This document shows positions 45,547-56,403 of a DNA stretch of 64,000 nt, one piece after another. The position numbers and the translations under genes were made by a program. Under the pieces are notes generated by a model. That model ran no database searches. It was not told the DNA's origin and saw nothing but the letters and a program-made list of their open reading frames with translations. How positions within the stretch are numbered: the first letter of the stretch is position 1; the number at the start of each line of letters is the position of its first letter. The DNA comes from an uncultured Gemmatimonadales bacterium (GTDB taxonomy: Bacteria > Gemmatimonadota > Gemmatimonadetes > Gemmatimonadales > Gemmatimonadaceae), in NCBI GenBank assembly GCA_963851265.1, contig CAWKNZ010000008.1, positions 224,001 through 288,000 on the forward strand, written 5' to 3'.

Positions 45547-47667
45547 CTAACGGCCGACCCCGGCGCCCGCGAACGCGGACGCGGACGCGCCCACCAGCAC
45601 GGCCTCGACCTCGTCGGGTGCGAGTGGGGCGGCGAAGTGGAAGCCCTGGCCGAGCGTGCACCCCATGTCCTCGAGCTGCGCGGCCTGTTCGGCGTTCTCG
45701 ACCCCCTCGGCCACGGTGCGCAGCCCGAGGGCGGCGCCGAGCGCGACGATCGCGGCCGCGAGCGCGGCCGGCTGCCCGCCCTCCGCGACCCGCTCGACGA
45801 AGCTCTTGTCGACCTTGAGGACGTCGATCGGGAACTGCCGCAGATAGCTCAGCGCGGAGTAGCCCGTGCCGAAGTCGTCGATCGCCAGCCGGACGCCGAG
45901 TGTCTTCAGCGACTCGAGCCGGCGCCGCACGGCGTCGGGGTGGTGGATCACCGTCGTCTCGGTCAGTTCGAGGACGAGGTGCTCCGGCGCGAGACCGCTC
46001 GTCGCGAGCGCGGCCTCGACCTCGGCGACGAATTCGGTACGGGCGAGCTGCCGGCCCGAGACGTTGACCGCGACGGTGAACGGGGCGGCGGGTCGGCCCG
46101 CGGACGCGCGCGCGCGCTGCCACGCGACCGCCTGACGGCAGGCCTCGTCCAGCACCCAGCGGCCGATGGGCACGATGAGCCCGGTCTCCTCGGCCACGGG
46201 CACGAACTCCGACGGCTGCACGAGCCCCCGCACCGGGTGGGCCCACCGCACCAGGGCTTCGACGCCCGTCACGTCACCGTCCACCATCGAGACGATTGGC
46301 TGATACATCAGGGTCAACTCACCCCGGTCGAGTGCGTCGCGGAGCTCGGCTTCGACCGCGAGGCGCCCGACGAACGTCTCGTGCATCTCGGGTGCGAACA
46401 TCACCGCGCGCCCCTTGCCCGCGTCCTTCGCCGCGTAGAGCGCGAGGTCCGCGTCACGGAGCAACGCGTCGACGGGTCCGTCGCTCTTGAGCGCCGCGCC
46501 GTCGAAGTCTTCACCGTTACTACCGCCGCGGGCGATGCCGATGCTCGCGCCGACGCGTGCGTGGCTGCCGTCGACCTCGATCGGGCGCTGCACCGCGGCG
46601 ATCACGCGGTCCGCCACGACCAGCGCGTCGGCGTCGCCGCGCACGTTGCTGAGCAGGACGCCGAACTCGTCGCCGCCGAGGCGCGCGACCAGGTCGCATC
46701 CGCGGGTGGCGCTGAGCAGTCGACGCGCGACCTCGACGAGCAGCGCGTCGCCCGCCGCGTGGCCGGCCGTGTCGTTCACGAGCTTGAAGCCGTCGAGGTC
46801 GATGAGCATCACGGCCACGCTCGCCGGGCCGTGTGCGGCGTCCGAATCGCCCGTCCCGCTCGACACGGCCGCGGCGAGGGCGACGTCGGTGCGCTCGCGG
46901 AAGCGGGCGCGGTTGGCGAGCCGGGTCAACGGGTCGTGGTAGGCCCGGAAGTGCAGCTCGTCCTGCAGCTCGCGGTGGTGCGTGACGTCCTGCACGAGTC
47001 CGACGAGGGCGCGACTCTGCGAGCCGGCGCCCTTCCCACGCGGCCCGCCGAGGCGCGAGACGGTCATCTCGCAGCGGCGGAGCGCGCCGTCGCGGCGCCG
47101 AAAGCGTTGCTCGACGGTGACTCGCTCGCCACCGCCGATGGCCTGGGCCAGTGCGGGCAGCTCGTCCACCGCGCGCGCGTCCTGCGGCGGCGCGAAATCG
47201 CTCGTCCGCATCGCCCGCAGCTCGTCGAGCGAATAGCGGACGATCTGCTGGAACGCGGGGTTGGCATCCTCGATCCGCCCGTCGTCACCCTGCACGACGA
47301 TGCCCACCGCGGCGTGCTCGAAGATCGTGCGCAGGCGCGCCTCGCTCACGGCGAGGCGGGCCCGCGCGCGGGCGAACAACAGCGTCAACGCGAGCACGAC
47401 GGCCAACAGAATTCCGGTACGTCCGCCGTCACGCTGCAACTCGGTGAGCACCGCGCCCGGCAGTGCGGTGGTCACGTGTGCGCTGCTTGCCTGCGCGGTG
47501 GTCGCCTGCGCGGCTGTGGCCGCGGTGTCGGCCCCGCGGCCCCCGTCCGACACTGCCCGTTCACTCGGCGCGTGGGTGGCGGTGCGCAGTCGGCCCGATC
47601 GGGCGTGGTGCGTTCGCGCGCGCGCCGGCGGTGCGTCGGGGTCGGTGTATGTACGCTCGTCGATCAC
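45547..47667 (-). CDS. PAS-GGDEF-EAL c-di-GMP protein with one TM segment; start uncertain
   Basis: [29 protein letters not shown]. Confidence 0.88.
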   Translation of the reverse strand: MIDERTYTDPDAPPARARTHHARSGRLRTATHAPSERAVSDGGRGADTAATAAQATTAQASSAHVTTALPGAVLTELQRDGGRTGILLAVVLALTLLFARARARLAVSEARLRTIFEHAAVGIVVQGDDGRIEDANPAFQQIVRYSLDELRAMRTSDFAPPQDARAVDELPALAQAIGGGERVTVEQRFRRRDGALRRCEMTVSRLGGPRGKGAGSQSRALVGLVQDVTHHRELQDELHFRAYHDPLTRLANRARFRERTDVALAAAVSSGTGDSDAAHGPASVAVMLIDLDGFKLVNDTAGHAAGDALLVEVARRLLSATRGCDLVARLGGDEFGVLLSNVRGDADALVVADRVIAAVQRPIEVDGSHARVGASIGIARGGSNGEDFDGAALKSDGPVDALLRDADLALYAAKDAGKGRAVMFAPEMHETFVGRLAVEAELRDALDRGELTLMYQPIVSMVDGDVTGVEALVRWAHPVRGLVQPSEFVPVAEETGLIVPIGRWVLDEACRQAVAWQRARASAGRPAAPFTVAVNVSGRQLARTEFVAEVEAALATSGLAPEHLVLELTETTVIHHPDAVRRRLESLKTLGVRLAIDDFGTGYSALSYLRQFPIDVLKVDKSFVERVAEGGQPAALAAAIVALGAALGLRTVAEGVENAEQAAQLEDMGCTLGQGFHFAAPLAPDEVEAVLVGASASAFAGAGVGR

Positions 47668-47950
47668 GGCCGACACTTCGGAGGGCGGGGAGTCAGGTGG
47701 GGGCTCGTCGGCGTGATGCGAGACGCACCCACGCTCGCCCGAGTCTCGGTCGCTGGCGGGCGGGGCCGCAGGTCGGATCTGACCGGGAGGTCGGGCGGCC
47801 GGAGACTCGCCGGGGCCGCGCGGCCGTGGTCCCTTGTTTGGCCGCACGTTCGGGCCTAGTGTGGGCTCGCTCCGACCGGCCGTCCCCCTGGCGGCCGCGC
47901 GGTCGTGGCACCGGCGGATCGCTGCCGCCTTCCCCTCCTCGAAAGGCACG

Positions 47951-49153
47951 ATGCGGGCGCACGCCGTCACCATGCTCGGCACCGGGCTGATCGGCCGTTT
48001 CTACACGATGGCGCTGCACGCGCAGCGTGGCCGGGACCGCGTCGGCGTGGCCTACTCGCGCGACGCGGACCGCGCGCGCGCCTTCGCCGAGCGGTGGGAC
48101 GTGCCCCGCCACACCACCGACCTCCGGGCGGCGGTCGAGGACCCGTCGACCGACGCGGTCGTGATCGGACTGCCTAACAACCTGCACGAGGAGGCGGTCG
48201 CGCTCGCCGCGCGCGCGGGCAAGGCGGTGCTCTGCACGAAGCCGCTCGGGCGGACGGCGGCGGAGGCGCGGCGGATGCTCGAGACGGTCGAGCGCGCGGG
48301 CGTCTTCCACGGCTACCTGGAGGACCTCGTTTACACGCCGAAGCTGCTCAAGGCGGTCGACGCCGTGCGGGGCGGGGCGGTGGGCGACGTGCTCTGGGTG
48401 CGCTCGCGCGAGGCGCACCCGGGGCCGCACAGCGCGTGGTTCTGGTCGCCGGAGGAGGCCGGGGGCGGGGCGCTGACCGACATCGGGTGCCACTGCGCCG
48501 AGATCATCCGCACCTTCGTCGGGAAGGGAAACCGCCCCGTCGAGGTGATGTGCTGGACCGACACGCTCGTGCACCCGATCGACGCCGAAGACCACGCGAT
48601 CGCGCTCATCCGGTTCGAGAGCGGGGCGATGGGGCAGATCGAGGCGAGTTGGGCGTTCCGCGGCGGGATGGACCTGCGCGACGAGGTGGCGGGGACGGCG
48701 GGGACCATCTTCCTCAATCACTGGTTGCGCACCGGGTTCGAGATGTTCACGGCCGGCGGCGGCGGCGGGTACGTCGCCGAAAAGCTCGAGTCGGAAAGCG
48801 GGTGGCTCTTCCCGGTCGGCGACGAGGTCCACGAGCTCGGCTACATCCACATGTTCGCCGACATGTTCGGGGCGATGGACGCGGGGCGCGCCCCGGCGGA
48901 GGACTTCTACGACGGCTACGTCGTGAACGCGGTGATCGACGCGTGCTACGCCTCGGCGCGCTCCAGACGGTGGGAGCCCGTGCAACTCGATGTCTGGCGG
49001 GCGCCGGGTCCGGCGCCGCGGGTGCGGGCGGAGGCCCGGACGGTCGACGGCCAGGTGCTGATCAAGGCGGAGCGGATGCCGGACGGCACGCTGAAGCGGA
49101 TCCTCCGCGACCCGTCGACGGGCGCGATCACGGAGTCGACCGCAGACGCCTGA
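47951..49153 (+). CDS. Gfo/Idh/MocA-family oxidoreductase
   Basis: [23 protein letters not shown]. Confidence 0.9.
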   Translation: MRAHAVTMLGTGLIGRFYTMALHAQRGRDRVGVAYSRDADRARAFAERWDVPRHTTDLRAAVEDPSTDAVVIGLPNNLHEEAVALAARAGKAVLCTKPLGRTAAEARRMLETVERAGVFHGYLEDLVYTPKLLKAVDAVRGGAVGDVLWVRSREAHPGPHSAWFWSPEEAGGGALTDIGCHCAEIIRTFVGKGNRPVEVMCWTDTLVHPIDAEDHAIALIRFESGAMGQIEASWAFRGGMDLRDEVAGTAGTIFLNHWLRTGFEMFTAGGGGGYVAEKLESESGWLFPVGDEVHELGYIHMFADMFGAMDAGRAPAEDFYDGYVVNAVIDACYASARSRRWEPVQLDVWRAPGPAPRVRAEARTVDGQVLIKAERMPDGTLKRILRDPSTGAITESTADA

Positions 49154-49191
49154 CGGTGAGCGTCTGACGGTGAGCGTCTGACCGTGAGTGC
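49150..49191 (+). repeat. 14-bp tandem repeat (CTGACGGTGAGCGT, two exact copies and one degenerate) at a gene junction
   Basis: Read directly from the sequence. Confidence 0.7.
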
Positions 49192-52189
49192 CTCGCGCGG
49201 GCCGGCCGGCGACCCGCCTTCCGTTCGCCGCATGCCCCTCGCGTCGGTTCGCGGGCTGAGCCGGGCGGCCCGCGCGCTCGCCTTCGTGTTCGCCCACGTG
49301 TGCGCCGCCTGCGCCGTCCTTCCGGCCGCGGCGGCTGCGCAACCGGGCGAGGTGCGGCGTGTGCCGGGGGGCATCGTGCTCGGCCTCGCGCGGGGCGCGC
49401 TGCGGGTGACGTTCCACGCGCCCGACGTCGTGCACGTGACGCTCGCGCCGACGGGCAGCTTCTCCGCGCGCCCGAGCCTCGTCGTGCTACCCGCGACGGC
49501 GCCCGTCACGCCCGCGGTGGACGAGGGAACGGACGTCGTGGTCGTGCGCACCGGCGTCGCGCTCGTGCGCGTGTGGCGCGCGACGGGCGCGCTCGCGATC
49601 GAGGACGGGGCCGGGCGCGTGCTCGTCCGGGCTGCGGCACCCGGATCCGACGCCTTCACCCCCGCGCGCGACACCGGCGCGACCGCGGACGGGCCGGCGT
49701 GGGCGGTCCGCCAGCGGTTCGTGCTCACGCGCGACGAAGGGCTCTACGGTCTGGGTCAGTACCAGGACGGGGTCATGAACTACCGCGGCGAGGAGGTGCT
49801 CGTCGCGCAGGCGAACACGAGCGCCGCGATCCCATTTCTGCTGTCGACCCGGGGCTACGGCGTGCTCTGGGACAACTACAGCCGGACCGTGTTCGACGAC
49901 GCGCCCGCGGCCCCGCCATCGGCCGCGCCCGCCGCGGCCCCCGACACTGCCTCGCTGTCGTCGGACGTCGCCGACGGCATTGACTACTACGTGGTCGCGG
50001 CCCGGCACCCCGACGACGCGGTCGCGGGCTTCCGCCGGCTCACGGGCGCGGCGCCGATGTACCCGCGCTGGGCGTACGGGTACTGGCAGAGCAAGGAGCA
50101 CTACGACAGCCAGCGGGAGCTGTTAGGCGTGGCCGCCGAGTACCGGCGGCGGCGCGTCCCGGTCGACGCCATCGTGCAGGACTGGAGTTACTGGCCGGGG
50201 CCCGACCGGTTCAGCGGCATGGTCTGGGACCCGGCGCGCTACCCGGACCCGGCCGCGATGGCGCGCCAGCTCCACGCCGAGCACTTCCACTTCATGGCCG
50301 TCATCTGGCCAGCGCTCGGCGACAGCACCGCCGTCTATCGCGACATGGCCGCGCGCGGCTTCCTCTACCCGCGCCCGCACTGGGCGCCCGCGCGCGTGTA
50401 CGACGCGTACGACCCGCGGGCGCGCGACCTGTACTGGACGTACGCGAAGCGCGGCGTGTGGGACGTCGGGATCGACGCGTGGTGGATGGACGCGACCGAG
50501 CCCGAGTTCCGCTCGACCGACGACCGATACGTCACGGCGCGCTCGACGCTGGCGAACGGGCGCAACGCGTTGGGCACGTTCGCGCGCTACCTGAACCCCT
50601 ACTCGCTGCTCACCACGCGCGGGATCTACGAGCACCAGCGCGCGCTCACGGAGGCGAAGCGCGTCGTCATCCTCACGCGCTCGGCGTTCGCCGGGCAGCA
50701 GCGGTACGCGACGACGCTCTGGTCGGGAGACATCTGGTCGAGTTGGGGGGTGTTCCGCAACCAGATCCCCGCGGGGCTGAACGCCGGGATGGCGGGGCTG
50801 CCGTACTGGACGACGGACGTCGGCGGCTTCATCTCGAGCCACCGATTCCCGGGCGGCGTCGCCGACCCGGCCTTCCGCGAGTTGTACGTGCGCTGGTTCC
50901 AGTTCGGAGCGTTCTGTCCCATTTTCCGCGCGCACGGCTCGAACACGCCGCGCGAGGTGTGGCAGTTCGGCGGGCCCGGCGACTGGGCCTACGACGCGCT
51001 CGTCGCGGCCGACAGCCTGCGGTACCGGCTGCTGCCGTACGTGTACTCGCTCGCGCACGGAGTGCGCGAGGGCGGGACGATGATGCGCGCCCTGCCGCTC
51101 GCGTTTCCGGACGACCGGCGCGGCTACGGCGTGGGGGGAGCGTTCATGTTCGGCCCGGCGCTCCTCGTGAGTCCTGTGACGCGGCCGATGCGGTACCCGC
51201 CCGCGCGGGCGCAGGAGTGGATCCCCGCGCGCGACCTCTACGCGCCCGACGGCCGGACGCGCGGCATGCGCCTCGACTTCGTACGCGGCGCGGGGCGCGA
51301 CCCGTTCGTCCGCGACTCGCTCGTCGCGACGCGACCGGCCGAGGTGTTCAACCTGACGTGGGCGGGGGCGCTGCCCGAGTCGCTCGCCGCGAGTCCGTAC
51401 AGCGCGCGCTACACCGGCGTGTTGCGGGCGGAGGAGGGCGGGGGGTACGAGTTCGTGCTCACTACCGACGGCGGCGTGCGGCTCTGGCTCGGCGACTCGC
51501 TGGTGGTGGATCGGTGGGACAACCGCGACACGCTCGAGGTGCGCCACGCGGTCCGCCTGGGTGCGGGGAGCGCGCACGCGCTGCGGCTCGAGTACCGGGA
51601 GGCGCGGCCGGGCGCGGGCCGGCTCCTGCTGGAGTGGATCACGCCCTCGACCCGCGCGAGGCTGCGCCCCGACCCGAACTGGGCGACGTACCTGCCGGCG
51701 GGGGCAGACGAGGGTGTGGCCCGGCCGGGCGGGACGAGGGGCGGCTGGTACGACTTCTGGACGGGCGAGCGGCTGGCGGCCGGGCGCGTGGCAGTGCGCC
51801 CCGCGCCGATCGCGCGCGTGCCACTGTACGTGCGTGCCGGCTCGGTGGTGCCGATGGGTCCCGCGCTCCAGTACGCCGACGAGCGCGCGGCAGACCCGAT
51901 CGAGTTGCGCGTGTATCCGGGCGCGGACGGCGCGTTCACGCTCTACGAGGACGAGGGCGACTCGTACCGCTACGAGCGCGGCGTGTCGGCGACGATCCCG
52001 ATCGCGTGGAACGACGCGGCCGGAACGCTCACCATCGGCCCGCGCGCCGGGCGGTTTCCGGGCATGCTCGAGCGGCGGACGGTGCGGGTGGTGTTCGTGC
52101 GCCCGGGGCACGGCGTCGGGCTGCCGGAGGCGACGGTCGCGGACCGGGTCGTGACGTTCGACGGGCGCGCGGTGGTGGTACGGCGCTGA
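49184..52189 (+). CDS. GH31 alpha-xylosidase/glucosidase with PA14 insertion, secreted; start may be 49232
   Basis: YGLGQ, IVQDW, WWMDATEP (nucleophile), WSGDI, TDVGGF; PA14-like segment TTDGGVRLW. Confidence 0.92.
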   Translation: MSASRGPAGDPPSVRRMPLASVRGLSRAARALAFVFAHVCAACAVLPAAAAAQPGEVRRVPGGIVLGLARGALRVTFHAPDVVHVTLAPTGSFSARPSLVVLPATAPVTPAVDEGTDVVVVRTGVALVRVWRATGALAIEDGAGRVLVRAAAPGSDAFTPARDTGATADGPAWAVRQRFVLTRDEGLYGLGQYQDGVMNYRGEEVLVAQANTSAAIPFLLSTRGYGVLWDNYSRTVFDDAPAAPPSAAPAAAPDTASLSSDVADGIDYYVVAARHPDDAVAGFRRLTGAAPMYPRWAYGYWQSKEHYDSQRELLGVAAEYRRRRVPVDAIVQDWSYWPGPDRFSGMVWDPARYPDPAAMARQLHAEHFHFMAVIWPALGDSTAVYRDMAARGFLYPRPHWAPARVYDAYDPRARDLYWTYAKRGVWDVGIDAWWMDATEPEFRSTDDRYVTARSTLANGRNALGTFARYLNPYSLLTTRGIYEHQRALTEAKRVVILTRSAFAGQQRYATTLWSGDIWSSWGVFRNQIPAGLNAGMAGLPYWTTDVGGFISSHRFPGGVADPAFRELYVRWFQFGAFCPIFRAHGSNTPREVWQFGGPGDWAYDALVAADSLRYRLLPYVYSLAHGVREGGTMMRALPLAFPDDRRGYGVGGAFMFGPALLVSPVTRPMRYPPARAQEWIPARDLYAPDGRTRGMRLDFVRGAGRDPFVRDSLVATRPAEVFNLTWAGALPESLAASPYSARYTGVLRAEEGGGYEFVLTTDGGVRLWLGDSLVVDRWDNRDTLEVRHAVRLGAGSAHALRLEYREARPGAGRLLLEWITPSTRARLRPDPNWATYLPAGADEGVARPGGTRGGWYDFWTGERLAAGRVAVRPAPIARVPLYVRAGSVVPMGPALQYADERAADPIELRVYPGADGAFTLYEDEGDSYRYERGVSATIPIAWNDAAGTLTIGPRAGRFPGMLERRTVRVVFVRPGHGVGLPEATVADRVVTFDGRAVVVRR

Positions 52190-52431
52190 CGCGGGGCGGG
52201 GACGTGCCGTGCGTCCGACGCGTCTGGGCCGTCGTGCCGAAGCCACCGACGGACGGGGTGCTGAACCGACGACGGCGTGGTACGTTGGCCCCGCTGCTCG
52301 TGCCACCCGCCGCCGCGTGCTCGGGTCATCGATTCGCGGGCGTGTCGTGGAGGCGGACGACCGTGACGACCTCGCCGGCCCAATGTGCTGGCGTGCGGCT
52401 CCCCCCGGTTCACGTGAACGGGAGAGGTCGA

Positions 52432-52735
52432 ATGGCAGTCGACGTCGAGTCAGCGTGCCCGGCGGACCTGCCCGTGCTCGTGGGCCTCATGCAGGCGTTT
52501 TACGCGGAGGCGGGCTTCTCGCTGGCGCCCGCCCCGGCGGCCGCCGCGTTCGCGGCGCTGCAGGCCGACCCGCGACTCCGCGGGCGGACGCGGTGCGGCG
52601 TGGCGTGCGTGCGCTGCACGTCGAGGTCGGGCCGGACAACCGGACGGCGCGTCGCCTGTACGCGCGCGCCGGCTACGCCGACAGCGGACACCTGCTGTTG
52701 TCGCTCCCCTCGCCGCCCCGGTGCACGACGCCTAA
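52432..52735 (+). pseudogene. GNAT acetyltransferase remnant (internal deletion and frameshifts)
   Basis: N-terminus MAVDVESA...LMQAFYAE...DPRL in one frame; C-terminus GVRALHVEVGPDNRTARRLYARAGY in another; the central acetyl-CoA-binding motif A is missing. Confidence 0.7.
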
Positions 52736-52792
52736 CGCATGGTCGTGGCCGGCGCGGCAGCGGACCACCGCTCCGCGCTCGCCGCCCGCACG

Positions 52793-53515
52793 TCAGACGG
52801 GGTTCGTCGTGAGCAGGGCGACGTCGCGCACGAACACGCGAGGCGGCAGTTGCAGCACACCCATCACGAGGGCGGCGACGTCCTCCGCCTGCATCATGCG
52901 CTCGGCGGGGCCGATCTTGAGCCCGACGCCGGCGGCCAGCTCGGTGTTCACGGTGCTGGGCAGCAGGGCCGTGACGCGGACGTCGTGCTTGCGCACTTCG
53001 GCAGCGAGCGACTCGGTGAGGCGGAGCATGGCGGCTTTCGAGGCGGCGTAGGCCGCCGTCGTCGCCGCGCCTTTCTCGCCGGCCGTCGACGCGACGTTGA
53101 CGATGTCGCCGCGCCGGCGCGCGATCATGCCCGGGAGCACGGCGCGGGTCGCGTGCAGCGTGCCGAGCACGTTCACCTGGTAGATGCGCTCCCAGACCTC
53201 GGGCTCCATGTCGAGCACGGTGCCGAACTCCGCGATGCCCGCGTTGTTGACGAGCACGTCGACGCCGCCGAGCTCCGCCTCGATCTGCGCGATGGCTCCC
53301 TCGACGGCCGCGCGGTCGGCGACGTCGGCCGTCACGGCGCGCACGCGCGCGTCCGGTATGAGGTCGCGCAGTTCGGCGACCACCTGCTCCAGTTGCGTCG
53401 TGGTGCGCGCCACGAGTCCGACGCTTGCGCCGGCGCGCGCCAGCGCGTGCGCCACCGCGCGCCCGATACCCTTGCCTGCGCCGGTGACCAGCGCGGTCGT
53501 CCCCTGCAGTGCCAT
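52793..53515 (-). CDS. SDR oxidoreductase (FabG-like)
   Basis: TGAGKGIG, NNAGI, YAASK; GAGGAG RBS. Confidence 0.92.
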   Translation of the reverse strand: MALQGTTALVTGAGKGIGRAVAHALARAGASVGLVARTTTQLEQVVAELRDLIPDARVRAVTADVADRAAVEGAIAQIEAELGGVDVLVNNAGIAEFGTVLDMEPEVWERIYQVNVLGTLHATRAVLPGMIARRRGDIVNVASTAGEKGAATTAAYAASKAAMLRLTESLAAEVRKHDVRVTALLPSTVNTELAAGVGLKIGPAERMMQAEDVAALVMGVLQLPPRVFVRDVALLTTNPV

Positions 53516-53621
53516 GTCGTGCCGCTCCTCGCCAAGTCCGCTCGGTTCGCCAACTCGATCCTCGGAGCGGGAGACGCGCAACGGCGGTGCCGCCGCGTCG
53601 GTAGCTGGCCTGACGACGCGC

Positions 53622-53639
53622 CTACCTACGCGTAGATTG
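53622..53639. promoter_or_regulatory. Candidate TetR operator 1 (CTACCTACGCGTAGATTG)
   Basis: Imperfect palindrome just upstream of tetR; 13/18 identical to 54341-54358. Confidence 0.55.
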
Positions 53640-53644
53640 TCTGT

Positions 53645-54304
53645 ATGGACTCGATTGATACGGTGACGGCGGTGCTCGATGCCGCCCAGGAGCTCGCGCA
53701 GACCCGGGGCTACAACGCGTTCAGCTATCGGGACCTCGCCGCGCGCGTCGGCATCACGACCGCCAGCATCCACTACCACTTTCCGACGAAGGCGGACCTC
53801 GGCGTCGCGCTCCTCGCGCGCTACTGCGCGTTCGTGCGCGACGCGGTGGACCGCCTCGATCGGGGTGGCGGCGATGCGCGCGTGCGACTTCGCGGCTACG
53901 CCGCGCTGCTCGAGTCCGTGCTCGCTCCAGCCGGCGTCACCGACGACACGCTGCGCGCCGGCGGCGGCCGGATCTGCCTCGGCGGGATGCTGGCGAGCGA
54001 CTACGCCACGCTGCCGGCCGAGGTGCAGCGCGCCGTGCGCGGGTTCGTGGATGAGAACGTGCGGTGGCTCGCGCGGGTGCTCGCGGAGGGACGCGACGCG
54101 GGCACGCTCGCCGTCGTCGGCGCCCCGGACGCGGCGGCCACGGCGCTCTTCTCGGCGCTTGAGGGTGCGATGCTGGTGGCGCGCACGGCGGGCGACATCG
54201 GACCGTATCGCGCGGCCAGCGCGTGGCTGCTCGCGACGCTCAGTGCGCCCGCGGCCTCGCCGGACCTGGGCCCGGCCCGACCGGCCACGACGGTCGGCGC
54301 GTGA
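53645..54304 (+). CDS. TetR/AcrR-family regulator (NemR/YxaF-like)
   Basis: GYNAFSYRDLA...IHYHFPTKADL; ICLGGML. Confidence 0.92.
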   Translation: MDSIDTVTAVLDAAQELAQTRGYNAFSYRDLAARVGITTASIHYHFPTKADLGVALLARYCAFVRDAVDRLDRGGGDARVRLRGYAALLESVLAPAGVTDDTLRAGGGRICLGGMLASDYATLPAEVQRAVRGFVDENVRWLARVLAEGRDAGTLAVVGAPDAAATALFSALEGAMLVARTAGDIGPYRAASAWLLATLSAPAASPDLGPARPATTVGA

Positions 54305-54340
54305 ATCCACGTGAGCGGCCGAACGAATTTACGGATGAAA

Positions 54341-54358
54341 CTATCTACTGGAAGATAG
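54341..54358. promoter_or_regulatory. Candidate TetR operator 2 (CTATCT-ACTGGA-AGATAG)
   Basis: Palindrome in the AT-rich promoter region of the AhpD-like gene. Confidence 0.6.
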
Positions 54359-54440
54359 ATACCGGACGGGCGCTGGTCCCGCGCTCACGCGCGCACACCC
54401 TGCCGCGCAGATTCCCTCACCTCCTTTCGGAGATCCCACG

Positions 54441-55004
54441 ATGCCCCGCTTCACCGCCGTCGACCCGCAAGCCGCCGATGCGAAGGCCCGGCCCCTCCTC
54501 GCCGCCGTGCAGCAGATGCTCGGCGTCACCCCCAACATGATGCGCACCATGGCCGAGCGTCCGGCCGTGCTCGACGGCTATCTCGCGCTGTCCGGCGCGC
54601 TCGCCAAGGGCCGACTCGGACGCCGCCTCGGTGAGCAGGTCGCGCTCGCGGTGGCCGAGGACAATGGCTGCGGCTACTGCGCGGCCGCGCACACGGCGCT
54701 CGGCAAGGGCGCGGGCCTGAGCGACGCTGACGTTGCAGCCGCCCGCGACGGCACGGCGACCGACCCGCGCGCGGCGGCCGCCCTCGCGTTCGCGCGCGAG
54801 GTCGTCAGCGCCCGCGGCCACGTGGGCGACGTGGACGTGCAGGCGGCCCGCGCCGCGGGCCTCGACGACGGCGATCTCGGCGAAGTCGTGGCGCACGTCG
54901 CGCTCAACGTGTTCACCAACTACTTCAACTCGGTGGCCGGCACCGAGGTCGACTTCCCGGCCGTGCGCGCGCCGCGGGGACCCGTGCCGGCTGCGAGCGC
55001 CTGA
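54441..55004 (+). CDS. AhpD/carboxymuconolactone decarboxylase-family peroxidase-like protein
   Basis: PNMMRTMA, NGCGYCAAAH, NVFTNYFN. Confidence 0.92.
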   Translation: MPRFTAVDPQAADAKARPLLAAVQQMLGVTPNMMRTMAERPAVLDGYLALSGALAKGRLGRRLGEQVALAVAEDNGCGYCAAAHTALGKGAGLSDADVAAARDGTATDPRAAAALAFAREVVSARGHVGDVDVQAARAAGLDDGDLGEVVAHVALNVFTNYFNSVAGTEVDFPAVRAPRGPVPAASA

Positions 55005-55006
55005 CG

Positions 55007-56197
55007 GTGCGCGCGCCGGTGCCACCTCCGACGACGTCGGACGCCGCGGCCGGGGAGGCCGCCCCCGGGCCGTTCCACGCCGGAGAGCTTGCCGTGCAGG
55101 CCCGGGCCGGCGTGCGATCGCAGGCGGCGCGCGTGGGCGGGATCATCGGCCCCACGATCCCGCCGGCGTTCGCCGGATTCCTCCGCGCGGCGCGCGTGGT
55201 GGCGGCCGGCGCGGCCGACGCGCGCGGGCACGTGTGGGCTACACTCCTCGTAGGCGCGCCGGGGTTCGTCGTCGCGTCTCAAGCGCGGGTGTGGGTCGGC
55301 GCGGTGCCGGCCCCGGGCGATGCGCTGCGCGCCCTCCTCACGCGAGCGGACGCGCCGAACGCCGCCGTCCCGGCCGCGATCGGCCTAACCGTGATTGATC
55401 TGGCCACGCGTCGACGCGTGCGCGTCAACGGGACGCTTGCCGACGGGACGCTTGCCGACGGGACGCTCGGCGGCGGAACGGGAGGCTTCGCCGTCTCAGT
55501 GGAGGAGGCGTACGGGAACTGCCCCAAGTACATCCAGGCGCGCACCGCGGCCGGCGGCGCTGAGGCTCACGCCTTCGCGAACGTGGCGGGAGGCGCGACC
55601 CCGGAGCGCGACGGCCTCGGTGCCGCCGAGCGGGCGTGGATCGCCGGCGCCGACACCGCGTTCATCGCGAGCGTGGGACCGGGGAGCGTCGCGGGTTCCG
55701 AGCCGGGGGTGCGCGCCGGCGAGCGCGCCGACGCGTCGCATCGCGGCGGCGCGCCCGGTTTCATGGTCGCGGTCGACGCGCGTCGGGTGCTGCTCCCCGA
55801 CTACTCCGGCAACACCATGTTCAACACCCTCGGCAATCTCGCGGTCGATCCGCGCGTGGGGCTCACGGTGCCGGACTTCGCCACCGGCCGTCTGCTGCAG
55901 CTCTCGGGCACTGCGTCGATCGACTGGCGCCCCGAGGCCGCCGCCCGCTTCCCGGGCGCCGAGCGCGTGGTGGTCATAGCCGTCGACCGCGTGCGCGAGG
56001 TCGCCGGCGCGCTGCCGACGGAGTGGTCGCCACCGAGCCCGTCGCCGTTCAACCCGCGCGTACGCACCGAACCCCGCGCGATCTCCGCGCGGACCTCCGC
56101 CGTCGCGAGGCGAGCATCAACGACGTCCCGATCGCCGAGGCCGAGCGGCGGTTCCGTTGGCCCAAGGGCCCGCGTCCCGTCGACCCCCCCGGCCTGA
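55007..56197 (+). CDS. Pyridoxamine 5'-phosphate oxidase-like FMN-binding protein (tandem domains)
   Basis: FHAGELAVQ, YGNCPKYIQ, DASHRGG, PDYSGNTMFNTLGNL. Confidence 0.88.
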   Translation: MRAPVPPPTTSDAAAGEAAPGPFHAGELAVQARAGVRSQAARVGGIIGPTIPPAFAGFLRAARVVAAGAADARGHVWATLLVGAPGFVVASQARVWVGAVPAPGDALRALLTRADAPNAAVPAAIGLTVIDLATRRRVRVNGTLADGTLADGTLGGGTGGFAVSVEEAYGNCPKYIQARTAAGGAEAHAFANVAGGATPERDGLGAAERAWIAGADTAFIASVGPGSVAGSEPGVRAGERADASHRGGAPGFMVAVDARRVLLPDYSGNTMFNTLGNLAVDPRVGLTVPDFATGRLLQLSGTASIDWRPEAAARFPGAERVVVIAVDRVREVAGALPTEWSPPSPSPFNPRVRTEPRAISARTSAVARRASTTSRSPRPSGGSVGPRARVPSTPPA

Positions 56198-56403
56198 CCG
56201 AGCCCGGGCTGTAGCGGGGCGCGCTCCGCGCACGCGCCCCGGCGGGTGCGAACGGCGGCTTCGCGTACCCGCGCGTCGGCGCGGGAACTCCGCGGCACTC
56301 CGCGGCTACGTGGGCTGTCGCGAGCCGCTCCTGCACTCACCGTCGTCGCCGCACTGCGCGGACCGATCGGGGGTGTGCGCCGGCCGCCTTCTCCGAGGTC
56401 CCC

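Noticed and set aside
30300..45550. Prophage, ICE or transposon call for the par/rep block
   Set aside because: No integrase, transposase, relaxase, conjugation or phage structural genes, and no att repeats were found.
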